A DNA stretch of 64,000 nt from an uncultured delta proteobacterium (GTDB taxonomy: Bacteria > Desulfobacterota > Binatia > HRBIN30 > BPIQ01). The translations under genes and the position numbers were made by a program. The notes below the pieces were generated by a model. The model ran no database searches. It was not told the origin of the DNA and saw nothing but the letters and a program-made list of their open reading frames with translations. The stretch spans positions 736,001 to 800,000 of the forward strand of contig CAVXGR010000018.1 of NCBI GenBank assembly GCA_963761335.1, written 5' to 3'. Positions 37,059 through 45,723 of this stretch are shown in pieces (within the stretch, counting starts at the first letter, position 1; each line of letters opens with the position of its first letter).

Positions 37059-39518
37059 ATGGACCTTTTCCCGAATTGCCCGAGCAGAACGGCCTGGCGC
37101 CCGATCGCCGCGACACTGGCGGCCGCCCTTGCCGCGTCTCTGCTTGCCGCCTGCGGAGGCGGCGGCGGTTCCGGGTCGGTGGAATATTTTCCGCCCGGGG
37201 GTGTCTCGGAGGACATGATTGTCGGGCGGCCAGGGGCCAGGCTCAACCTCGACAATACGGTCGTGACGATGCTCGAAGCCACCGGCCACCAAAACGGTGA
37301 CACGGGGCTTGCCGATGGTGTCGACGAGTTCCCCTATCACTTCGACGTGCCGACGCAGGTTCGACTGTCTCTCGATCAATTCGACGAGGCGCCAACGCTG
37401 GTCGCACTCGACGGCTCAAAAAATGAAATCGCCCGCGTCGACGGGGAGTCGGGTGACATGACGATCACCGCCTTTGGCGAGCATACCTTTCGCTTCATCC
37501 ATCCCCGGGCGGGTGACCCGACCGCAGAGCCCATTCCGATCTTCTTCCGTCCGATTCACCCGACGACGGCCGTCGCCCAGTCCACCGTCGGTGGCGCTGC
37601 GCGAGCGGACTCCAGCGACGTCGAGACCCTGAAGGCCGGCAAGAACTGCGTGCGCTGCAACCTCCAGAACCTCAGTTGGAACGCCTGCCCGGGCGTCAGT
37701 CTGGCGGGCGTCAACCTCAGCCACGCCGACTTCACCGCGGCGGTGCTGGCGTGTCAGACCTTCGAATCCAAGGGGAGCACCCCCGTCCTGCTGAGCGGCG
37801 CGATCTTCAACGACGCCAGCCTCAGCGAGGTGACGCTGAAAGACGCGGAGCTCACCGACGCCCAGTTCAACGGAGCGATGTTCGACGTCGTTGTCTTCGA
37901 CTCGGTCACGGCAACGTCCGCCGACTTCGCCGACAGCCAGTTCGAGAACAGCTCGTTTGGGGCGGCGAAGGGTACGGCCAGCTCGGCGCGCGGAGCCGAC
38001 TTCAGCGGCGCTCAGATCATCAAGAACTCGTGCCTCTCGACCTATGACCTCCGCGCCGCCGACTTCACCGGCGCGACCTTCGATTCCACCTCCTCGGTAC
38101 ACGGCACCTGGTTCGCCGGGGCCAATCTGTTCGGCGCGACCTTCGACGGTACCAAGTTTCAATACGACTCGTCGTTGCCGGACTGCGGCCAGGCGGCGAG
38201 CTGCACCACGGTGACGGTCGACGGGTTGTGCACGAATTGTCCCTGCACGGCGAATCTCGGCTGCCTCGACTTCGCCGGCGAGACGTCCTGCGTTCAGAAC
38301 CAGGGCGCGGTAACGGTGTCGGAGGCGGCCGTGTGCGAGAGGCCCACCGTCCAGGCAGCTGCGGAAGGTGTGACCCTCCAGAACGCCGACCTCTCGAAGA
38401 TCGGCTTCAACGGAGCGGACCTGACGAACTCGACGTTCGCATCGAACACCCTGGACAGCACCAGCAGCTTCGCCGGCGCCATCCTCGCCGGTGTCGACTT
38501 CACCAAGCAGGATCTCGGGAAGTCCGTGGACCTGTCGGGAGCGTATCTGTCACTGACCACGGACTTCACCGGGGCCGGACTGTCCGATGCACCGGCGACT
38601 CAACGGGGCGTGAACTTGTCCTGCATCTCCGACAAGGGCACCGGCGGCTGCGAGTTCCCCGCCAAGACGACGGAGTTCATGGGGGCGAACATGCAGTACG
38701 CGCAGCTCGACAACGTCGGGCTCTCGGAAGCCAACCTCGAGAGCGTGAACCTCGCCAATGCGTCGCTGGTCGGTGCCGACTTGAACTTTGCCAGTCTCCA
38801 GGGAGCCAGTCTCGCCGGCGCTACGCTCGGTGTCGCACCGGGCTCCGGCTCGGCGGCGAGCCTGCGCGGCGCCTTCATGATCAACGTCGATCTCACCGAC
38901 GCCGACATGCGCAGCGTCGACTTCACGGACGCGCACCTCTACGGCGCCAGCAGTGACGCGCTCTTCGTGCGCGCCAAGCTCGACTCGGCGAATTTCAACA
39001 ATGCGATCCTGGCGGGAGCCGTGTTCACGAACGCTTCGTTGACCGATACCGTGTTCAACGGAGCGCAGCTTGCCAATGCCAGCTTCGAGGGGGCGACTCT
39101 CACCAACGCCAAGTTCGACGACGCCTATCTCCAGGGAGCCGACTTCTCGACCGCCGCCTCGGTGACCGGGATGTCGCTGTCGAACGCCGCGGTCTCGACC
39201 AATCTCACGTCGACGATGTGCACCCTGATTCCGCCGGGCGTCTGGACCTACATGGATCAGAGCGGCACACCGTACACCTATCAGTTCGGTGAAACGAAGC
39301 TGCAGACCAATGCCACGGTCATCTGTCCGGACAACGAGCCGGGGCCGTGCTCCACCGGCGACTCGCTGTGCCCGGTCATGTCGGGACCGTTTCCGCCGGT
39401 CCCCCCCTGCACCCCGGTCTCACAATATTGCTACGAGAACTGCGAGACGCCGCCCTGCTTCCTGGACACGCCCGATGCGACCACCGGGCTCTGTCCGCTG
39501 GTATCGAACTGCAGCTGA
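37059..39518 (+). CDS. Pentapeptide-repeat lipoprotein with Cys-rich inserts
   Basis: AAGGAG RBS; lipobox LLAAC; extensive A(D/N)LxxA-type repeats (ANLESVNLANASLVGADLNFASLQGASLAGA). Confidence 0.88.
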   Translation: MDLFPNCPSRTAWRPIAATLAAALAASLLAACGGGGGSGSVEYFPPGGVSEDMIVGRPGARLNLDNTVVTMLEATGHQNGDTGLADGVDEFPYHFDVPTQVRLSLDQFDEAPTLVALDGSKNEIARVDGESGDMTITAFGEHTFRFIHPRAGDPTAEPIPIFFRPIHPTTAVAQSTVGGAARADSSDVETLKAGKNCVRCNLQNLSWNACPGVSLAGVNLSHADFTAAVLACQTFESKGSTPVLLSGAIFNDASLSEVTLKDAELTDAQFNGAMFDVVVFDSVTATSADFADSQFENSSFGAAKGTASSARGADFSGAQIIKNSCLSTYDLRAADFTGATFDSTSSVHGTWFAGANLFGATFDGTKFQYDSSLPDCGQAASCTTVTVDGLCTNCPCTANLGCLDFAGETSCVQNQGAVTVSEAAVCERPTVQAAAEGVTLQNADLSKIGFNGADLTNSTFASNTLDSTSSFAGAILAGVDFTKQDLGKSVDLSGAYLSLTTDFTGAGLSDAPATQRGVNLSCISDKGTGGCEFPAKTTEFMGANMQYAQLDNVGLSEANLESVNLANASLVGADLNFASLQGASLAGATLGVAPGSGSAASLRGAFMINVDLTDADMRSVDFTDAHLYGASSDALFVRAKLDSANFNNAILAGAVFTNASLTDTVFNGAQLANASFEGATLTNAKFDDAYLQGADFSTAASVTGMSLSNAAVSTNLTSTMCTLIPPGVWTYMDQSGTPYTYQFGETKLQTNATVICPDNEPGPCSTGDSLCPVMSGPFPPVPPCTPVSQYCYENCETPPCFLDTPDATTGLCPLVSNCS

Positions 39519-39530
39519 GGATTGCACGCC

Positions 39531-40286
39531 ATGCCGAAGGACGTGATCAACGACATCCGCTCAGGATTCCATGCAGCGCTTCGAGGCGCTCGAGGGTCGA
39601 ACCGAAGGAGGCAACCCGCCGTTGGCTCGGCGAGGCGGAAGGCAGCTTCGCTGGGCGCCGCGGCTCTGGCGATATCGCTGCTCGCCTTCTGCTCGATCGC
39701 GGGGGCGCTGGATCTCACCGGCGGGCCGTCGGACACACCGCCGGGCGGAGGCGGCTGTACGGCGAGCGGTACCCTGGCCAGGGGAACGGGTCTGACGTTG
39801 AGCTGTACCGTCACCAGTCCCGGAAATTTCGTCGACCTGTATTTCGGGATCGCCAACAACGGTGTCGCCAACGGCGTGGCGATGGACGGCACTGCGCCGT
39901 CGAGCTTCGAGATCTTCCGCTACTCGAGCAGTACGCCGAGCTCGATCACCTACACGAGCACGACGACGGTCGACGACGTCCTCGGCAGCTCTGCCGAGGA
40001 CGTGAACACGCGTCTGGTCCTGACACTCACCTCGGGGACGGGAACGGTGGTGGACACGGGAGGCACCCCGGCCAACAACGGCAGCGGAGACATCGGGAAG
40101 CTCTTTCGCATCAGCGGCGGCAGCTTCTCGGTGCACGTCGACGTGGACTCGAACACGTTGAGCATCCCCGTCTTTGGCGCCTCCAACACCAACGTGTACG
40201 ACGCCGTCCACGGGCCATCGAGCGGGGGAGGTGGCAGCATCACGGAACTGACCCTGGGCTTCTACTACAACGAATGCACACCATGA
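39531..40286 (+). CDS. Secreted Ser/Thr/Gly-rich hypothetical protein
   Basis: Hydrophobic signal AAALAISLLAFCSIAGA then a beta-rich sequence; stop overlaps the next ATG; exact start uncertain. Confidence 0.65.
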   Translation: MPKDVINDIRSGFHAALRGARGSNRRRQPAVGSARRKAASLGAAALAISLLAFCSIAGALDLTGGPSDTPPGGGGCTASGTLARGTGLTLSCTVTSPGNFVDLYFGIANNGVANGVAMDGTAPSSFEIFRYSSSTPSSITYTSTTTVDDVLGSSAEDVNTRLVLTLTSGTGTVVDTGGTPANNGSGDIGKLFRISGGSFSVHVDVDSNTLSIPVFGASNTNVYDAVHGPSSGGGGSITELTLGFYYNECTP

Positions 40287-42076
40287 ACGTCTCAAAGAAA
40301 AGATCGAGGAAAGTACTCCGCGATCGCCTGGCGACAAGAAAGGAAGGTCTTGTGAACCCCGCAACCTCTGCGAACCAGTCGACCCGAAACCTGAGTGCGG
40401 CGACCGTCGCCGCGCAGGCATTGGCACTGGCGTTCTTGGGGACGCTCTCGCTGATGCTGCCACCCCGCGCCATTGCCGGCACGGCACCGCTCACCATCTC
40501 GGGCACGGTCACGTACACCGGCTCGCAAGGGCCGGTCTCGGCCGCGAAGCCCATCGTCGTCTTCGCGACGAAGAGCCGGACGCTCGAGGAAGTTCCGGTG
40601 GCCATCGGTCGCGTGGAAGCGAACGGCGGCAGCTTCACGCTGACGGTACCCGAGGCCGGCGACTACTACCTGGCGTATCTCCTGGACACGAACGGGGACG
40701 GGGTGCCTGCCGTCGGCGATCCCTTCGGGATCTACGACAACCGCCTCAGCGCTCCGGGCGACCCGATCACCGTTCCGGTGAACGAGGCGCAGAGCAACCT
40801 CACGCTCACCTTCGACGATAGCGCCGGATTGCCCGGCGTCTCCGGCACCGTGACCTACACGGGAAGCATGGGCCCGGTAGACGGGACCCGACCGATTCGT
40901 GTGCAGGTGTTTCGCGAGGGCGACCTCACCGACCGCGTCGATCGGGCGCAGCGTCTGGTCGACAACGGCGATTCCTACAGCTTTCTCCTGCTCGAGCCGC
41001 GGCTGCACTACATGCAGGTGTTCCTCGATCTCAACGACAACGACGTCCGCGATCCCGGTGAGCCGTTCGAGATCTATCCCGATCGCTATGCTCTGCCGGG
41101 AGACCCGCTGCCGGAAGGTATCGCCCACGTGGATGTCGTCTTCGGGGACGGGCCCGACCCCACACCCACGCCGTCGCAGGACTTCATCCTTTCGGGAACG
41201 ATCGAGTACACGGGCTCGCGAGGTCCGGTGTCGCCCGATCGTCCCATTTTCGTGCTGCTGCTCAGCAATTCGATGTTGGACGGTGCCCCGGTTGCCGGCG
41301 CTGCAGTCACCGAGAACGGAGGCTCCTTCGCGATGGGAGCCCCGGGCCCGGGCGACTATTACCTCGTATATCTATTGGATACGAACGGCGACGGAGACCC
41401 AGCCGTCGGCGATCCGTTCGAGATCTACCAGGACCGCTTCACGACTCCCGCTGATGCGGTGACCGTACCGCAAACCGGTCTCGTGCTCAGCTTCGACGAC
41501 ACCGGCGGCCTCCCCGGAGTCCGCGGCACGGTGACCTACACGGGAAATCAGGGGCCGGTGTCGTCCAACGTGCCGATTCACGTCGATGTGTTTCGCGACG
41601 CCGAGCTGACTGACCGTCTGGACCAGAGTCAGGATCTGATGACCAACGGCGAGTTCTACCAGTTCATCCTGCTGGAGAATGTGCAGCACTACATGATGGC
41701 GTTCGTCGACCTCAACCGCAACGGGGATCGGGACTCCGGGGAGCCGTTTACGATCTACAGCGGCAAGACGTCCACCCCCGGCGATCCATTGCCCCAGCAG
41801 GGCGGCGCCGTGGTGGACATCAGCTTCGGCGACTCCGCGGGCCAAGAGACGCCCACACCGACGGTCACCGGCGAGCCGGCGACGGCAACGGTGCTGGCGG
41901 CGACGGCGACCGCCACCTCGCAGGCCACCGCGGCGCCGGGCACGCCCACGGCCACGCTGGTGCCCGCGAACACGGGGGGCTGCGAAATTCAAACGAGCGG
42001 CGGCGTCTCGTGGCCTCTGCTGCTGCCACTCGCGATCTTCGTTTTCGCGCGGCGGCGCAAGGTCGGGAGCGCCTGA
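40283..42076 (+). CDS. Surface protein with four tandem ~110 aa Ca-binding-type repeats and a Cys-TM-Arg sorting tail
   Basis: Four (S/R)GT(V/I)xYTG..GPV units with DTNGDG, DLNDND, DTNGDG, DLNRNG loops; tail GCEI..SGGVSWPLLLPLAIFVFARRRK; start 40283 or GTG 40352. Confidence 0.8.
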   Translation: MNVSKKRSRKVLRDRLATRKEGLVNPATSANQSTRNLSAATVAAQALALAFLGTLSLMLPPRAIAGTAPLTISGTVTYTGSQGPVSAAKPIVVFATKSRTLEEVPVAIGRVEANGGSFTLTVPEAGDYYLAYLLDTNGDGVPAVGDPFGIYDNRLSAPGDPITVPVNEAQSNLTLTFDDSAGLPGVSGTVTYTGSMGPVDGTRPIRVQVFREGDLTDRVDRAQRLVDNGDSYSFLLLEPRLHYMQVFLDLNDNDVRDPGEPFEIYPDRYALPGDPLPEGIAHVDVVFGDGPDPTPTPSQDFILSGTIEYTGSRGPVSPDRPIFVLLLSNSMLDGAPVAGAAVTENGGSFAMGAPGPGDYYLVYLLDTNGDGDPAVGDPFEIYQDRFTTPADAVTVPQTGLVLSFDDTGGLPGVRGTVTYTGNQGPVSSNVPIHVDVFRDAELTDRLDQSQDLMTNGEFYQFILLENVQHYMMAFVDLNRNGDRDSGEPFTIYSGKTSTPGDPLPQQGGAVVDISFGDSAGQETPTPTVTGEPATATVLAATATATSQATAAPGTPTATLVPANTGGCEIQTSGGVSWPLLLPLAIFVFARRRKVGSA

Positions 42077-42190
42077 GGGCTTGGCGGGCAAAGTGTTTCG
42101 CCGGGAGAGCGGAGAGTGGAAGCGGATCAGCGATCACGCTGATCCGCTGCCGTTTCTGCAGAAGTGACCCTCGTCACTCAGGAGGCCATG

Positions 42191-44104
42191 ATGAACAAGA
42201 TCTCTGTCTACGCAGTCTGTATGGCTCTGCTTCTGACCGTCGGCTGCAACGACAACGACGGAGCCGGCTCGCCACCGCCTCTCGGCACCACCTCCGCAAA
42301 GCCCACGTTCGACTGGGGATACCCGCAGTACTCCGAGTACGAGGGCACGCAGCACGTGGGCAAGACTTTGTACGAGCAGGATCCCGCCTGTATTCAGCGC
42401 CTGACCTTCTACACCTGCGATGCCGTCGACGCGATGACGCCGAGCAATGAGATCACCAACCCGACGATGGCGAGCAGCTCGCTCACCGGCGGGCTCGACT
42501 CGTGCACCGCGGCCATCGAGGAGGAGCAGCCGAGCTACTGCATGCCCGCCGACGTCTGCAGTCCGTCGCGGCAGGCGACGGCGTGGGCACCCGGGCAGGC
42601 GAGCGTCGACAACCTGAGCTGGCAGCTGTTCATCGCCCTCAACTGGCCCGCCGATCCCAACAACCCGGGTTACCCGGACACCTCGAAGCCGCTCGGCGCG
42701 CCCGACGACTCGGGCACCGGCCACGCGCGGGTCGTGTGGCTCGACTACCCGACCCCGGAAGACCTCTTCGGCGTTCCGGCCCCCTGTGACGGCCTCACCC
42801 TGAAGATGACGACGAAGTTCTCCGACGCCTTTCTCAGCAAGAAGCATTCGCTGGCGGCGCTCGGCGGGGTGGTGCAGCCGGGCGGCGGCGTGCTCGTGGA
42901 CCAGAACAAGAAGATCGTCTACACCGACATCCGCGTCAATCGCACGGAGTGGGAGTTCATCGTCAACCAGAACGACTACTGGAAGACGGGTGCCAGCCTC
43001 GACGACATTCCCGCCAACCTGACGCGCGACTATATGGTCGCTCCCGGACAGACCGCGGGGGAGTTCCCGGCGGCGCTCGTGAACGACGGCGACCCCAACG
43101 GTCCGGTCGACGTCGGCTCGATGGAGCTCAAGGCGGCGTGGAGGCAGCTCACTCCCGAGGAGATCGCCTCGGGAACGTACTACACGCACACCATGACGCT
43201 CTACGACCCAGGCGCCGTCGCCGGCGGGCAGTGCAAGCAACAGGTGATGGGCCTGGTCGGCCTCCACATCGTCTACATGCCGGCGCAGTTCGGCAACCCC
43301 GAGTGGATCTGGGCCACCTTCGAGCATCGCCTCAACGTACCGACGGCCGGGATCAATGACGGCGAGACGAAGTTCTCCTTCTACAGCGCCGATTGCGCCA
43401 ACGACAAGACGCCGGAGCAGTGCGCCGCCTATGATCCGTCGACCGATTCGCCGCAGGACTTCCGCTGCTGCCCGAATCTCAAGCTCTACCCCAGCGCCGC
43501 GGACATCCCCACGGGCACGGATCCGGTGCCCAACCAGGTGACGCGGCTCACCAACCCGACGGTGTCGACCATCCTACCGACGAGGTGCAATGACCACTAC
43601 CTCAAGGCCATCACGAAATACTTCGGTGCCGACAACGTGTGGAAGAATTACTTCCTGGTGAGTGCCCAATGGCCGCTCCGGGGAGCGTCGACCAACCGTC
43701 CATTCTACCAGCCGGCGAACGAGGCGAACCTCCCCTGTCTTCTGCGCAACGCGACGCTGGAGACCTTTAGCGTCGGGCTGGAGACGCCCGACGTGAACGG
43801 CTGCAACGTCAACAACCAGTTCATGGGCTGCAGGAGCTGCAACGGCGACTGCGTGCTTCCCGCCGACGCCAGCGCCTCATGTCCGAACGGTCAGGACGCC
43901 GCCGATCAGTTCAACACCGCGACGTGCATGGGCTGCCACAGCGCCAACGCAGGGCAGAACTCGTCGTTCGTGTTCACGCATCGACCGTGCTGTGTGCGCA
44001 GCGACGAGACCTTTCCCAACACCTGTGGCACCCTGCTGCACCGAGACGGCTGCGAGGTGAAGCCGGGTTGCACGTGGGTCTCGGCCGATCCGGCGTGTGG
44101 GTGA
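42191..44104 (+). CDS. Cys-rich lipoprotein with a single CxxCH heme-c motif
   Basis: GGAGG RBS; lipobox LTVGC; CMGCH at 43925-43939; conserved-looking blocks SWQLFIALNWPA, ELKAAW, GLVGLHI, WIWATFEH. Confidence 0.72.
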   Translation: MNKISVYAVCMALLLTVGCNDNDGAGSPPPLGTTSAKPTFDWGYPQYSEYEGTQHVGKTLYEQDPACIQRLTFYTCDAVDAMTPSNEITNPTMASSSLTGGLDSCTAAIEEEQPSYCMPADVCSPSRQATAWAPGQASVDNLSWQLFIALNWPADPNNPGYPDTSKPLGAPDDSGTGHARVVWLDYPTPEDLFGVPAPCDGLTLKMTTKFSDAFLSKKHSLAALGGVVQPGGGVLVDQNKKIVYTDIRVNRTEWEFIVNQNDYWKTGASLDDIPANLTRDYMVAPGQTAGEFPAALVNDGDPNGPVDVGSMELKAAWRQLTPEEIASGTYYTHTMTLYDPGAVAGGQCKQQVMGLVGLHIVYMPAQFGNPEWIWATFEHRLNVPTAGINDGETKFSFYSADCANDKTPEQCAAYDPSTDSPQDFRCCPNLKLYPSAADIPTGTDPVPNQVTRLTNPTVSTILPTRCNDHYLKAITKYFGADNVWKNYFLVSAQWPLRGASTNRPFYQPANEANLPCLLRNATLETFSVGLETPDVNGCNVNNQFMGCRSCNGDCVLPADASASCPNGQDAADQFNTATCMGCHSANAGQNSSFVFTHRPCCVRSDETFPNTCGTLLHRDGCEVKPGCTWVSADPACG

Positions 44105-44109
44105 CGGAC

Positions 44110-44562
44110 TCAGATCTGCAAGCGCGAGACAACTGCAGCTCGGATGTCTTGGGGATGCTCGACAATCGCCCGGATGCAGGCTCTCATGCCGGCAATCGAC
44201 GTCTCCGCCGACATGCTCGGGGCACCCAGGTTCTCCTCGCGGGCCGCAACCTCCGGCAGGTGCGGGAGGTGCACCCAGCCGGCGCGAATGGGCAGCCGGT
44301 TCACCGCGATGTGATGTAGGGCGCCGTACATCAGGTGATTGCAGCAGAAGGTTGCGGCAGTGTCGGAGATGTCGGCGGGGATGCCCGCCTCGCGCATGGC
44401 CGTCACCATCGCCCGGATCGGCAGGGTCGCATAGTAGGCGACGGGTCCGTCCGGGGCTGTCGCACCGGCGATGCTCACCCCGTCGAGCGCTCGGACCACG
44501 GCCTCGGCGGGGTTGGCGGGCGTATTGCCGAAGGGACCGTATCCAGTGAGGAGCACCTTCAT
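44110..44562 (-). pseudogene. pcp: Pyroglutamyl-peptidase I (C15) with in-frame internal deletion
   Basis: MKVLLTGYGPFG..NPAE joins almost directly to DGPVAYYATLP; TFCCNH and GWVHLP retained; only 150 aa, central Glu-bearing segment absent. Confidence 0.75.
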
Positions 44563-44693
44563 CGTCGCTGGCCGAGTCGTACCAGGATCGCCGGCATCCG
44601 ACAACGCCGCCTCGAACGGCGGGCTTCGTCTTGGTCGGCACAGACTCGTACGGGTTGACCGGACCGCTCTAATGGGCTTGTAAACGGACCTGC

Positions 44694-45686
44694 ATGCGAT
44701 TCGGATTTGCCCCAGTCCAGTCCCAGGCGACCTTCGCCGAAATGCAACGCCAGGCGCAGCTGGCGGAAGCGCTGGGCTTCGACACCCTGTGGGCGCACGA
44801 GCATCACTCGCAGGGGATGATATACCCGGATCCCCTCATGACGCTGGCGGCGCTCGCGCCGGCAACGCAGAGGATCCGGCTCGGCACCAACATGCTGCTG
44901 CTGCCGATCCATCACCCGCTGCGGGTTGCCGAAGCGGGCGCCATGGTCGACGTGCTCTCGCAGGGACGGCTCTGTCTCGGAGTTGCCGCCGGATACTCGG
45001 CGGTCGACCTGGAGGCTTTTGGCGTCTCGAAATCCGAGCGCGCGGTGCGGCTGAGCGAGGGCGTGGAGCTGATCCGTACGCTGTGGCGGGGCGATGAGGT
45101 CACCGGTGCCGGGGCGACGTTCCGGCTGGAGGCCTTTCGCCTGTTTCTCCGGCCGCTCCAACGGCCGTCGCCGCCGATCGTGATCGGCGGCAGCTCCGAC
45201 AAGGCCATCGACCGCGCCGCGCGGTTGGCCGACGCCTACGTGATCAGCACCACCGAGACGATGGAGAACGTCGCTCGCCGCGTCGACGTCTATCGCCGTG
45301 CTCTCCCCATGCACGGCAGGCCGTGGCGCGGACCGTGGCTGAACCGCATCGTCTGCACGGTGCGCGGCGCGGCAGAGAAGCGCGCCGCCCAGGAGTCGTA
45401 CAGCAAGGTCCTGCTCGCCTTCTACGACGCATGGGGGCACGCGAACATCACGCAGCTGCCGCCGGATGCGCGCACGCCTGAACGGGTCAGTGAGCAGCAC
45501 TTCATCATCGGGGAACCGGCGGAGTGCATCGAGCAGATCGAGGCGTATGCGGCGCTGGGCATCGATCACATCGCCTGCCTGATGAACTTCGGCAATCCCG
45601 ACCTGGGGTTTGTCGAGCAGTCGATGCGGCTATTCGGCGAGCGGGTCCTGCCCCGCGTGGCCGGCTCCGAGAGGCTCGGTACGTGA
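44694..45686 (+). CDS. LLM class (luciferase-like) flavin-dependent oxidoreductase
   Basis: AEALGFDTLWAHEHH, TQRIRLGT, HPLRVAE..VDVLSQGRL. Confidence 0.92.
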   Translation: MRFGFAPVQSQATFAEMQRQAQLAEALGFDTLWAHEHHSQGMIYPDPLMTLAALAPATQRIRLGTNMLLLPIHHPLRVAEAGAMVDVLSQGRLCLGVAAGYSAVDLEAFGVSKSERAVRLSEGVELIRTLWRGDEVTGAGATFRLEAFRLFLRPLQRPSPPIVIGGSSDKAIDRAARLADAYVISTTETMENVARRVDVYRRALPMHGRPWRGPWLNRIVCTVRGAAEKRAAQESYSKVLLAFYDAWGHANITQLPPDARTPERVSEQHFIIGEPAECIEQIEAYAALGIDHIACLMNFGNPDLGFVEQSMRLFGERVLPRVAGSERLGT

Positions 45687-45723
45687 TCGAACTCGATCAG
45701 TTCCTGGGGGCGGTCCCGGGCCT

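Noticed and set aside
39347..40282. N-terminal 312 aa of the 909 aa ORF
   Set aside because: Overlaps two better-supported genes in other frames; Arg-rich off-frame composition
43829..43843. CRSCN as a second heme motif
   Set aside because: Lacks the His of CxxCH; more likely a disulfide loop
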